Position numbers and translations under genes: made by a program. A stretch of DNA of 63,103 nt from a virus (Duplodnaviria; Caudoviricetes), in the IMG/VR virus record IMGVR_UViG_3300026097_000022, positions 1 through 63,103 of that record; one strand, 5' to 3'. Every line of letters starts with the position of its first letter. Within the stretch, counting starts at the first letter, position 1. A model generated the notes under the pieces. That model saw nothing but the letters and a program-made list of their open reading frames with translations, made no database searches and was not told the DNA's origin. Of this stretch, positions 50,095 to 58,661 are shown in pieces.

Positions 50095-50678
50095 TAGAAT
50101 CCTGTGGCGTAGATATGATCGATATGTGTACGGAATACTTCTTGACCATCTATCTTCATACGGTAGTCAGCGTGCTTCATAATCATAACCTTATCGCCAG
50201 TCTTGAGACCTAGGTCTTGAACCACCGGTGAATCGTACATTACGTAACCGAACTGGTTGTACTCAGGTTTCTTTAGCTCTGTGATGATACCGCTTTCTGT
50301 AATCTCTTCCTCAGGCTGCTCCTCTGGCTTGAGGAATATCCATTCTGACAACAGCTGTACATCGCCATCTTTGTTTTTATAGGCATAAGCTTGTGTAGCT
50401 TGGCTATTGCTTGGGTTGAATCGGACAAAATAGATATCGTCTTTTACACGTTGGCGCTTACCGTCTCCGGCAATCAAAACGTGGTGGTGAAAATACAATG
50501 TATCACCAACCTCTACGCCAGTGTCATACTTCTCAGGGACAGCTACTACTTCTGCCTCCATCTTACGGTTTTCGAATTCGTTCCATTTAGGATCGATGTA
50601 GATTGTAGTGTCTCCTACCTCTACCTCATCGTTGAATGCCTTCGGCAAACGCACGAAGAAATCATACAGTGGTCTCAT
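50094..50678 (-). CDS. GroES-like co-chaperonin (tandem domains)
   Basis: MRPL.D...V; VEVGDTLYF; EEITESGII; GLKTGDKV. Confidence 0.65.
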   Translation of the reverse strand: MRPLYDFFVRLPKAFNDEVEVGDTTIYIDPKWNEFENRKMEAEVVAVPEKYDTGVEVGDTLYFHHHVLIAGDGKRQRVKDDIYFVRFNPSNSQATQAYAYKNKDGDVQLLSEWIFLKPEEQPEEEITESGIITELKKPEYNQFGYVMYDSPVVQDLGLKTGDKVMIMKHADYRMKIDGQEVFRTHIDHIYATGF

Positions 50679-50699
50679 AATAAATTAAATTGGATTGTG

Positions 50700-50933
50700 T
50701 TATGAAAAGTCGCAGTCGTATTCAAGCAGCACTGGCATATCCTCTACAGATTTCCAGAGCATAACACCGTCATCCGGGTGCTTGATGTAGATAAGGTATC
50801 TCATCTTACCATACTTATGCAGGTGCTTTTCATCTACAATGATAGTATCAACTGTACTTTCACCTGCCTTCTGACCTATATAATAAGCCATAGCCTTTAG
50901 GGGATTCACCCCAATGATAATTTTTCTAATCAT
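50700..50933 (-). CDS. conserved hypothetical protein
   Basis: IRKIIIG...AMAYYIGQ...WK....MP. Confidence 0.6.
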   Translation of the reverse strand: MIRKIIIGVNPLKAMAYYIGQKAGESTVDTIIVDEKHLHKYGKMRYLIYIKHPDDGVMLWKSVEDMPVLLEYDCDFS

Positions 50934-50964
50934 TTTATTTTAATTTATGTAAAGAAAACTGGAT

Positions 50965-51312
50965 TTAGTTTACACTATCATCTCCGTTAGATAAGTTTAT
51001 CCAGTAATCTATATTTGAAGGATCGTTCTTTGGATCCTCTTCTTTTTCTTTTTCTACTTGATGGCGGTAGATGTCTACAACGCAAGACAACAGATCATCT
51101 AGCTCTTCTTCGTCTTCTACATCTGCCATACACAGAAGGTTCATCTTAGCCATAGGCTCGTTATCTTCCATCTCAATCGTATCCGGATCAATAAACCCTA
51201 CAGCTACAGAAGAAATAAAAGCATCTCTCAAGCCGTACTTTTCTACGATGTCATTCATAGATAGTAACAGCTCATTAAGCTCTAGCAAACATTCTTTCTG
51301 ATCGTCAGTCAT
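50965..51312 (-). CDS. acidic hypothetical protein
   Basis: 115-aa ORF in the operon. Confidence 0.6.
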   Translation of the reverse strand: MTDDQKECLLELNELLLSMNDIVEKYGLRDAFISSVAVGFIDPDTIEMEDNEPMAKMNLLCMADVEDEEELDDLLSCVVDIYRHQVEKEKEEDPKNDPSNIDYWINLSNGDDSVN

Positions 51313-52301
51313 TAGTCAAGTTTTGTTAGGATGAATGTAGATGTAGCAAGAAGACCGGATACGTTATTAGATGAAATCTTGTAGTACAAATCCGTTGCTG
51401 CCGCTACGTGGCGTACAAGTGAAAATCCAATAGCTGTATTACCTGTACTAGAGTGACCACGTGCAATGGATTGAATCAATGTTTCAGAACCACCGTCTGG
51501 TTTTTCATATATAGCTACATCAACATCAGTGTTATTTACTGACACCTCTAACATAAAGTTGATATCAATCTTTACCAAGCCTTCTTGCTGCACATTTACA
51601 GCGCCAGTAGTCGTGGAGCTTGGGAAGAAATGGTTTGATGTATCGTTTACCTCGTGAGAAGAAGCATTACCGTTGTTGTTTATACCGGCTTGAGGAGGTG
51701 TTGCTAAAGTTGTAGTAACAGAGTACAAACCGTTAGGGCGTAAGACAAACATAGGATTGGCAAACACCTGTGAGCTACCACTAGCTGTAGAAGCAAAGCT
51801 AACAGTATTCCCAGAGTACGTGATAGCCATATTACTACCCGCCTCAAACAAGATGTTTCCGTTAGAGTTAGGCGTTGCAAAGTTTACAGCGTTTGAACTG
51901 TCTACAAAAGCAACAGTCCTTGGGGTTTCATCATCGATCCAAGAAGTGCCATTCCAATACAATAAAGCACCTGAAGCTGGCGAAGTAATTGTTGTGTCTG
52001 TAAGATCTGCTAGTGTAGAAACACCACCGCTGCCATCACCAAAAGCACCAGCTCCTAGCTCACGGCTAACCACATCTCCATTTGCATCTAACAGTAAAGC
52101 TGTAAGCTCCGTAGAAGAAACAGTAGGAGTGTTAGTAAAAGAAAGTGTACCATCAATCTCTACAGTGTCTGTAGATAATTTCAATCCAGTGTCGTTCCCT
52201 CCACCATCTTCAACTGTCTTCAATGTAGCTGTAACCCCACCTTCTACGTGGAGCAAATTACCGTACTTATCCTTGATCTTCTGACCTGCTAATGTAGCCA
52301 T
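51312..52301 (-). CDS. putative structural/decoration protein
   Basis: L.DL.D...T....GA.LY.NG..W repeat-type motif; beta-rich C-terminus. Confidence 0.55.
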   Translation of the reverse strand: MATLAGQKIKDKYGNLLHVEGGVTATLKTVEDGGGNDTGLKLSTDTVEIDGTLSFTNTPTVSSTELTALLLDANGDVVSRELGAGAFGDGSGGVSTLADLTDTTITSPASGALLYWNGTSWIDDETPRTVAFVDSSNAVNFATPNSNGNILFEAGSNMAITYSGNTVSFASTASGSSQVFANPMFVLRPNGLYSVTTTLATPPQAGINNNGNASSHEVNDTSNHFFPSSTTTGAVNVQQEGLVKIDINFMLEVSVNNTDVDVAIYEKPDGGSETLIQSIARGHSSTGNTAIGFSLVRHVAAATDLYYKISSNNVSGLLATSTFILTKLD

Positions 52302-52316
52302 ACTGTTTTATTTAGT

Positions 52317-52335
52317 TAACTTTGCAACAAAGGTA
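52317..52335. promoter_or_regulatory. adjacent opposite-strand -7 boxes (TAACTTTG +, TACCTTTG -)
   Basis: 52317-52324 (+) and 52328-52335 (-), serving genes 52356 (+) and 52301 (-). Confidence 0.55.
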
Positions 52336-52355
52336 CTAATTTAATTTACAGCTAT

Positions 52356-52814
52356 ATGCCCAAGGGTAGAGTCGCCAAAAAGAAGATGTTTAGGGACTTC
52401 TCCTACATCGATGATAAGTGGATCAAAGACAACTATTTAAAGCTCTGGCATCCCACGATGAGAGATATGTCTACCAACTACGATGTCAATGAGTCTCAAA
52501 TGAGATTTATGATCTTCGTGTATGATCTAGAGTTCTGGACCAGGGATTGGATTGCTGATCAATACGGTAATCAGAAATGGGGAATGAGTAAGCACCTCAT
52601 CTACCCACTACTAAAGAAAGGATATCTGTACAAGCACTTCAATAGATACGCACCTAACCACGAAAAGAATGATCACCTGTTCCGTGAGGAGCTAGGACAA
52701 AACTATCGTATACGCTACGCACTATCCCAGAAGGGTAGAAACTTTGTAGCACGCTTCTACAATAAGATGCAGGGTGAGGTTAAGATCAATGCGCCTTTTT
52801 CACGCGAAACTTAG
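52356..52814 (+). CDS. hypothetical protein, possible winged-helix regulator
   Basis: LIYPLLKKGYL...YALSQKGR resembles a MarR-type wing. Confidence 0.5.
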   Translation: MPKGRVAKKKMFRDFSYIDDKWIKDNYLKLWHPTMRDMSTNYDVNESQMRFMIFVYDLEFWTRDWIADQYGNQKWGMSKHLIYPLLKKGYLYKHFNRYAPNHEKNDHLFREELGQNYRIRYALSQKGRNFVARFYNKMQGEVKINAPFSRET

Positions 52815-52950
52815 CCTCTAGGCTAGCACCCTTATGTGCAACAAATTCTCCCTTGTGAGGCATTAGGTAGTAACGCCCCTTCTCAAGCATCCAATGATAC
52901 CCAGAAGGAGCCTTTACCATCTCGTGTGTTTTTGCTTTCTTAGCTTTCAC
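52786..52950 (-). CDS. small basic protein
   Basis: Read by hand, GTG start: ..VKAPSGYHWMLEKGRYYLM.. Confidence 0.5.
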   Translation of the reverse strand: MKAKKAKTHEMVKAPSGYHWMLEKGRYYLMPHKGEFVAHKGASLEAKFRVKKAH

Positions 52951-53089
52951 GTTTTATTTTTTTAACAGCTTCAAGCATTGCCTTAGTAGGCTTCTTGCCA
53001 GAACCTCTATTTGCACGTATGTTGTCCCATAACCCACGAGGTGAGTATGATCCGTCTTTACGCTTAATTAGTTTCTTCTTAGCACGCAT
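52940..53089 (-). CDS. small basic protein
   Basis: Read by hand: MRAKKK...RGLWDNIRANRGSGKKPT. Confidence 0.55.
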   Translation of the reverse strand: MRAKKKLIKRKDGSYSPRGLWDNIRANRGSGKKPTKAMLEAVKKIKRES

Positions 53090-53475
53090 TACTTTTTCTT
53101 TTTTACACGCATCATCTTAAAGTCAGCGCCAGAGATCTTACCGTCCTTGTTAGCGTCAAGCTTTACCTGACCACCTTTCAAGTACATACTCATCTTACCA
53201 CCGTTCTTCAAGTACTTCTCTGCAATCTTAGTAGCTTGCTCTGGAGTAGCTCCTTCTTTGATGGCTTGCTTGTACTCACGATCAGCTTCACTACGTCTCT
53301 TAAGGTATGCCTTCTCAGCTTCCATTTCTGCTAGACGCTCCTTAGCGACACCAGCCATCTTAGTCGTTTCTGCTTCACGCTCTGCCGGTGACAGCTTTTT
53401 CTTCTTAGTGGTCACACCACCCTTCTCGTACATACTGTACTTACCGCCTTTGCCGTAATTCTTCTTAGCCTTCAT
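53089..53475 (-). CDS. basic protein with EF-hand-like loop
   Basis: Y.KGG repeats; LDANKDGKISGADF. Confidence 0.6.
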   Translation of the reverse strand: MKAKKNYGKGGKYSMYEKGGVTTKKKKLSPAEREAETTKMAGVAKERLAEMEAEKAYLKRRSEADREYKQAIKEGATPEQATKIAEKYLKNGGKMSMYLKGGQVKLDANKDGKISGADFKMMRVKKKK

Positions 53476-53634
53476 CTATTTTTTCTTTTTACAGTCCTTA
53501 GATTCCTCACAGTAGCATACCTCTTCACTACCACAAGCAAACGGTTCAGGGATGTCATAGACCTTCCCTCTGCCCATACGTGCAAGTATAGACACGATCA
53601 CAATGATCCAAAATAATACTACTAGTTCTTCCAT
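53476..53634 (-). CDS. small membrane protein with Cys-rich tail
   Basis: Start set 5 nt after the TATCTTTG box (53640-53647). Confidence 0.5.
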   Translation of the reverse strand: MEELVVLFWIIVIVSILARMGRGKVYDIPEPFACGSEEVCYCEESKDCKKKK

Positions 53635-53697
53635 AGACGCAAAGATAGTAAACATATACATTCAAGATAAACAGCTGTAGACCAGCACATTGGGTGC

Positions 53698-54228
53698 TTA
53701 CTCTGTCGTCCAGTTATTTTCAATCATAAGATCTCTAAAACATACAGCCTCAGAAAGAGATTCAAATCTTCCGAAACTATGTACTTTATTACTTATGCTT
53801 TTCTGAACGTTGTATCTACCTCCTGTAATACTTATGTGTTTCGGTAATTTATATTTCCCCATTGATGATCTTCTTGTATTCTCTGATTGGGAAATCATCT
53901 GTAGGTTTGAAATGCAATCGTTTGAGGGGTCTGAGTCTATATGGTCTATTACCATACCTCTTTTAATAGGCTCGTCAGAAACCTCATTAAACGTGAAGTA
54001 CACCAGATGGCTAACCTTTTTATCAATGACAGATCCTTTATGACTCATAGATATAGATCTGTACTTATTAGACTTGGACCCACCCTTTAGTATTCTTTCT
54101 TTATGGGTGACCTTTTTGCCATTGCTGTATTTTACAGTTCTCTTTTTTCTTCTTACTCTACCTAGATTAGAGACTTCATAATTTTCATTGTACGGATAGC
54201 AGTACACATCTTTCCAAACTTCCTTCAT
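53698..54228 (-). CDS. NUMOD4-HNH homing endonuclease
   Basis: EVWKD...YEVSNLGRVR (NUMOD4); IDHID....ND..SNL......EN (HNH); AP2-like tail. Confidence 0.85.
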   Translation of the reverse strand: MKEVWKDVYCYPYNENYEVSNLGRVRRKKRTVKYSNGKKVTHKERILKGGSKSNKYRSISMSHKGSVIDKKVSHLVYFTFNEVSDEPIKRGMVIDHIDSDPSNDCISNLQMISQSENTRRSSMGKYKLPKHISITGGRYNVQKSISNKVHSFGRFESLSEAVCFRDLMIENNWTTE

Positions 54229-54259
54229 AGTGTAATTGTTTCTGCAAAGATACAACAAG

Positions 54260-55420
54260 TTTAGACACTAAATGATTCACTAATAATTGTTAGTCGAGAC
54301 TAAACCTGACGGCATCTTTCGTTAATCAGTACTTTGCATTACATAGTACCCCCGTAAACACTGGGATTCATTTTCTTATTTATATTGATTCTAAACTTAT
54401 TTTTCCGTAACTTTGCCTTATGAGGTGACAAGCTCTCAAGTTCCGAGCATCATATCCTCAGACAATAAGAGCAACAATTCACTATAGGGGTGGCGCTCAC
54501 CGCCGCACCCACCCCTAATCACTACAGCCAAACATACTCCGTATACGGCACAACTATATCTTGTGACTAGCTGTACACCATCCACCCCCTCCCTACCTAT
54601 TTCACCTCCTTACAGCTACATATTCTGTGGAGTCTTATGGCGGTCTTTCAGCCGCAAAAGACATTCTCCCCATACATCCCCCTCATCCCCAGAAATAAAC
54701 CCCTGAAACACCCCTTAAAACGCCTTAAAAAGCATCTATTCACCACCATTCCCCTCCCTATTTCCATCCATACCCACACAACATTATACAGCTGATCTGT
54801 TGCACCCCATTGTTTTTGTATTGAGTTATTTGTAGGAGTGGGATTCTATATATATATGAGCGCGCACGCGTGTAGCCCGAACCGATTCTCTCGACCCCAC
54901 CCCCCCAGATTTCGTTTTGGATTTCCCTGAGGATTTTGGCTTTTTTGACCGGTGTGCTGAGGCTGTTTTTGACCTGATCGAGACAGGTACTTTTTACCCG
55001 GTGATTTGATGCCGACCGGAGGATGTGAAGAGGTGATATTTGTAGGTTATGTATGCAGGTGAGGAACAATCCCCTCCCAACCCATTTTCCCCTCATCCAA
55101 CGCACTCACAAACACTGCCCAGTTGACTCCAGAGGACCCGAATGTCCAACCCTTGGTACACTGCTTTTGTGACCAGTTGATGCCCCAGTCGTTCGGTTAC
55201 TGGGTGAAAAGTGCCGTTCCAGGAACGTGGTTTTGTGCCCCTACGTGCGTGCGTGTACGTGTGCGGGTATCTTACTCTTGACGGGGATGTTAAATTTTTC
55301 TCCCTGATTTTCAGGCAGTTAGCTGTTGATTGTGAAAAAAGTTTGATTTGCGTTTGGTGGTTTCAGGATGTCGCCGTAGAATTGTGGTGTTGAAACGATT
55401 CAACGACTAAAACAAATGCC
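54260..55420. other. large non-coding strand-switch region (candidate origin or packaging/terminus region)
   Basis: No credible ORF; separates divergent late and early blocks; C-runs and alternating purine-pyrimidine tracts. Confidence 0.5.
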
Positions 55421-55422
55421 TT

Positions 55423-55626
55423 ATGAGAAACCCATTAAACATCCAAACGTTGACCAAAGTATTCGCTGATGTGCTGAATGTGAAATACACTGATTTTGGT
55501 TCGAACAAAAAAGAGATGAGAATAGCTAAAGACCTAGCTGTTAAATTTCACGATTTGCACTTGAGTGGTGGTGACCTGAGCACATTTGCTCCAGTAATCG
55601 ACCAAGCCAAAAAAAAGCTAAGCTAA
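55423..55626 (+). CDS. early hypothetical protein
   Basis: Starts at TGCCTT-ATG. Confidence 0.7.
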   Translation: MRNPLNIQTLTKVFADVLNVKYTDFGSNKKEMRIAKDLAVKFHDLHLSGGDLSTFAPVIDQAKKKLS

Positions 55627-55656
55627 CTAGAACACTAAACTTAAATTAATTGCCTT

Positions 55657-55830
55657 ATGAAAAATCAAAACTCAATCAACCCACAAGAAGCTAAAGCACT
55701 ACTTGACAACGTACGTGCTGACCTAGACAAGCTCATTGCGCTAGGTGAAAGCTACGCACATTTCCAATCTGCTCAGGCTACGCACAAGTACCTGAAGAAG
55801 GCTAAGAATGCCTTAAAAGGGCTCAGCTAG
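55657..55830 (+). CDS. early hypothetical protein (57 aa)
   Basis: Read by hand: MKNQNSINPQEAKALLDNVR...; TGCCTT-ATG start. Confidence 0.7.
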   Translation: MKNQNSINPQEAKALLDNVRADLDKLIALGESYAHFQSAQATHKYLKKAKNALKGLS

Positions 55831-55836
55831 TTAGCT

Positions 55837-55890
55837 GTTACGCTGATGATGGGTGAGCACACCCGAAACTGCCTTCGGGCAGTCCGTAAC
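55837..55890 (+). ncRNA. type I hammerhead ribozyme
   Basis: GTTACG-CTGATGA-T-GGGTG(AGCA)CACCC-GAAA-CTGCC(TTCG)GGCAG-TC^-CGTAAC: full core and three perfect stems. Confidence 0.9.
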
Positions 55891-55911
55891 TAAACTTAAA
55901 TTAATTGCCTT

Positions 55912-56286
55912 ATGAAAGAATTAATCCCTATGGAATTTATCAGTAGCCACGGAACACTATACGTCAATGAGAACGGCACTATAAACAGCATTGATTGTGA
56001 TGAAGTTGATTGGCTAGGCGATATCAGCAAAGTAGATATCGAAGAGTTGGATTACTACCTGAGCCTATATGACCTTGAACCGACTCAGGGTGGTGATGTA
56101 CTTGACTTCGGGTATTGGGACAAAGATGGTGTATACCATCAGCCGAGTAGACAATGGAGGGAAGATGTGTTTCATAGAATCTCAGTCGACTCCGACCCTG
56201 ATGAAGCCAAGGATTATTGGACTGAAGAGAAGATACAAGAAACCATTGAGAAGAGTTTCGAGTGGATAAAGAAGAATAGACTATAG
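55912..56286 (+). CDS. early acidic hypothetical protein
   Basis: 124 aa; TGCCTT-ATG start. Confidence 0.75.
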   Translation: MKELIPMEFISSHGTLYVNENGTINSIDCDEVDWLGDISKVDIEELDYYLSLYDLEPTQGGDVLDFGYWDKDGVYHQPSRQWREDVFHRISVDSDPDEAKDYWTEEKIQETIEKSFEWIKKNRL

Positions 56287-56294
56287 ATTGGTTC

Positions 56295-56341
56295 GCTCAT
56301 TGGATGCTTCAGGCATCGCCTAGGTCGTGCTAGGAGTGAGC
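56295..56341 (+). ncRNA. small three-way-junction RNA element
   Basis: GCTCATT/AGTGAGC encloses GATGCT/GGCATC and CCTAG/CTAGG hairpins. Confidence 0.45.
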
Positions 56342-56485
56342 TCTAAAACAATTGTGAAAATAATTGTGGAAATGTATTGCGGTCTCGGAATATCTTTTTA
56401 GATTAGCAAAGCAAATGAGGGAGAGCCCGTAAGCCCTACCTCAGCTAGTTAGGTCTAGCAACGTACTTTACTTATTGGAAAACAA

Positions 56486-56622
56486 ATCAGTCTGATGAGG
56501 GCAGTCCATTCAACTGCCTGAGCACATTGTGCTCGACTCCTGAAACGGAGCGAAACCACGGAACGTAGGAAGTACGTATGATATTTAAGAGGGCAGTGTT
56601 ACAGCTGTCCTTGGTTACTGAT
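56486..56622 (+). ncRNA. expanded hammerhead-like ribozyme (branched stem II; substrate site repeated elsewhere)
   Basis: ATCAGT-CTGATGA-G[3 hairpins]C-GAAA-CC ... GG-TT^ACTGAT. Confidence 0.7.
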
Positions 56623-56646
56623 ATTACTAATTAAAATAAATGCCTT

Positions 56647-56988
56647 ATGATTACATTCACTGAATTACTAGAATCGTTTGCCTTCAATGAGGAAGGTAGA
56701 CTACCAAATGCAATTGATCCAACCGCACTTTTATCAGGTATTGATATTGTAGGTTTTGAAATCACTACTAACCGAGATACGTATGTTATCGCACTGGATG
56801 ATGACATCGAATACGTAGAAGAAACCGATGATTGGTTTAGCCTTTGCGAAGGCATCGATGCAAACGTGTTCATCACTGAAGCAGGTCTTGTACTGCTATC
56901 GTTTTACCCCGTTATAGATGGTAAGATAGATACCACTGATAGCCGTATGGAAAGTATTGCGTGTTTCACTAAACAATTGAAAAAATGA
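56647..56988 (+). CDS. early acidic hypothetical protein
   Basis: 113 aa; TGCCTT-ATG start. Confidence 0.75.
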   Translation: MITFTELLESFAFNEEGRLPNAIDPTALLSGIDIVGFEITTNRDTYVIALDDDIEYVEETDDWFSLCEGIDANVFITEAGLVLLSFYPVIDGKIDTTDSRMESIACFTKQLKK

Positions 56989-57254
56989 CAAGCAGAGATA
57001 AAATGATGGAAGTACTCGGTGAGTATTTCCCTATCACCGGAACGACCGAAGACTTCGATGGTAGCGAAGGTGGTATTTGGATTTGTGGCGAATGTGGATA
57101 CACCAACCTGAGAGGTGTGCCGTACTTCGATTACTACGCAACAACCGGTTCGTATGAATTCGGTGTATTGTCTAACCTAGTTAAACTAGCTGAGCGACAC
57201 GGATGGTACTTTGAATGGTACGATGCCGGGACCATTATGGTGACTCCTATGTAG
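56985..57254 (+). CDS. early hypothetical protein
   Basis: ATGA-coupled; GWYFEWYDAGT motif. Confidence 0.7.
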   Translation: MTSRDKMMEVLGEYFPITGTTEDFDGSEGGIWICGECGYTNLRGVPYFDYYATTGSYEFGVLSNLVKLAERHGWYFEWYDAGTIMVTPM

Positions 57255-57291
57255 GGGTTACCGGTTACTGATAACTTTAATTAAAAGCCTT

Positions 57292-57654
57292 ATGACAAAG
57301 CAAGACTTCGTACAATTACTTGTAAGCCACGATTGGTACTTCGAACGTACCGAAGACCCAAAGATGTACAAAAGAGGCGCAGAACAGCGCAGAAGAATCC
57401 TAGAAGCCAAGAAGAGCCTAGGTACTGATGGTGAATACTTATTTCAAAAGTACGCCAAGAAGATTCAACCGGATGCTCCTATAGCTGTAACCGCTACACG
57501 TTCTGCTCGTGTAATGCCTGAGCTTATCTGCCGGTCTACCGGGCGCATTGGTACGCTTGTAGACAAATCGCCAAACGGATTCTCGGAGGTGATGTTCAAC
57601 GGAGAGATGCGTAGTGAGTTTATGAGACAAAGCGATTACTTTTTACTCGACTAA
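57292..57654 (+). CDS. early hypothetical protein
   Basis: HDWYFE..ED...Y.RG motif; GCCTT-ATG start. Confidence 0.75.
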   Translation: MTKQDFVQLLVSHDWYFERTEDPKMYKRGAEQRRRILEAKKSLGTDGEYLFQKYAKKIQPDAPIAVTATRSARVMPELICRSTGRIGTLVDKSPNGFSEVMFNGEMRSEFMRQSDYFLLD

Positions 57655-57656
57655 TT

Positions 57657-57857
57657 ATGGAAAAGGATACATTGAGAAACGGATACCTGAGGATAGCTGA
57701 TAAGCTACAAGGTGAAGACCTACACGGAGCAATGGCTGTAGCCAGGAATCTAGGTCTAATGGGAATTATGAATGAGATAGGAGAGATTATGTACAGCCCT
57801 AATGAGGTGTACAATACCTATCGACAAAGGTTAATCGAATACCTTATCGAAGAATAA
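57657..57857 (+). CDS. early hypothetical protein
   Basis: 66-aa ORF. Confidence 0.6.
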   Translation: MEKDTLRNGYLRIADKLQGEDLHGAMAVARNLGLMGIMNEIGEIMYSPNEVYNTYRQRLIEYLIEE

Positions 57858-57904
57858 TAGAAGCCTCTACGGAGGTGGTTACTGATAACTTAATTTTATG
57901 CTTT

Positions 57905-58228
57905 ATGAATGTATCAACCATTTACAAATTACAACGTGAGAACGGACTTGCAGAGATGCAAGAGATGATCAACACCGGTCTTGCTTTTAAGATGGAAGGC
58001 AGTGTAACTAGAAGAGCTATGGAGCTGTTGCGCTCAGGAGCTTGTATGTTGCCTCTAACAGCTGTTGTCGATGCTTATGGTAATCGTGTACCTAGCCGTA
58101 AAGAACTTGTCTCAGGTACGCTAGGAACGTTTGAGAACGCTGTAAACTTTTGGTCGGATGACGACAACCTTATGATGCTCGAAATGGATAATGAGCCTGA
58201 TGAGGTAGCTTTATTTCACGAACTTTAA
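57905..58228 (+). CDS. early hypothetical protein
   Basis: Q.MINTG.AFKMEGS..R.AM.LL.SG.CML....DAYGN.VPSR; start at TGCTTT-ATG. Confidence 0.7.
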   Translation: MNVSTIYKLQRENGLAEMQEMINTGLAFKMEGSVTRRAMELLRSGACMLPLTAVVDAYGNRVPSRKELVSGTLGTFENAVNFWSDDDNLMMLEMDNEPDEVALFHEL

Positions 58229-58240
58229 ATCAATCATATT

Positions 58241-58516
58241 ATGTCGGAAAGAAAACATAGAAATAGAAAAGGAGACATCTGTTACACCTTCGGTTGGGAA
58301 GGCGGTGGTGGTAACCACGTATACGCACACAACAAAAGAGCCGCTTATAGAAGAGCTGTAAAACTGGGTGCCGGAACACATACACGTAACGGGGACAAAC
58401 TCAAAGTACCTGCTCAACATAAGCCATTAGTACCGGTTGAAGATACATTTCGGTCGGTCAACCTCACTGAGCTATTTGAATTCGATAAGAATTTATATCT
58501 AGCTTACTCCCTTTAA
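58241..58516 (+). CDS. early hypothetical protein
   Basis: 91-aa ORF. Confidence 0.65.
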   Translation: MSERKHRNRKGDICYTFGWEGGGGNHVYAHNKRAAYRRAVKLGAGTHTRNGDKLKVPAQHKPLVPVEDTFRSVNLTELFEFDKNLYLAYSL

Positions 58517-58661
58517 GTCAAGGCAAGGCAACTCCCGGATATCTTCGGGAATGAAGGACATTCTGCCGAACTCAATTTAATTAAGGTTAAAGATCGCCTT
58601 GAGCCTCCGGGTAAAGCATCGATCTAAGAATGTTCAAGATTGACAGCAAGGAAAGACTTGC
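58517..58661 (+). ncRNA. structured intergenic RNA, possibly manA-like
   Basis: Nested stems plus pseudoknot potential; terminal GCAAG-GAAAGA-CTTGC hairpin. Confidence 0.5.

Larger units (their letters stand above)
55634..55917 (+). repeat. 29-nt perfect direct repeat ACTAAACTTAAATTAATTGCCTTATGAAA (55634-55662, 55889-55917)
   Basis: Read directly; covers the translation initiation region of two genes. Confidence 0.9.

Noticed and set aside
8574-51301. Many ORF-track entries nested in or antisense to the large late genes (e.g. 14879-15388, 28303-28824, 38844-39335)
   Set aside because: Ser/Ile-rich shadow frames of real genes, with no motifs or initiation signals.
23534-54228. Group I introns or inteins around the three homing endonucleases
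   Set aside because: Each sits between complete-looking genes, so they appear free-standing.
54300-54370. Third hammerhead on the minus strand (CTGATTAACGAAAG)
   Set aside because: Core deviates from CUGANGA and there is no stem II or convincing stem III.
54758-55393. ORFs 54758-55105 (-) and 55211-55393 (+)
   Set aside because: They lie in a low-complexity intergenic region and lack phage-like composition or leaders.
56295-56341. tRNA gene
   Set aside because: Too short, no anticodon arm and no canonical T-loop; no tRNA was recognised anywhere in the window.
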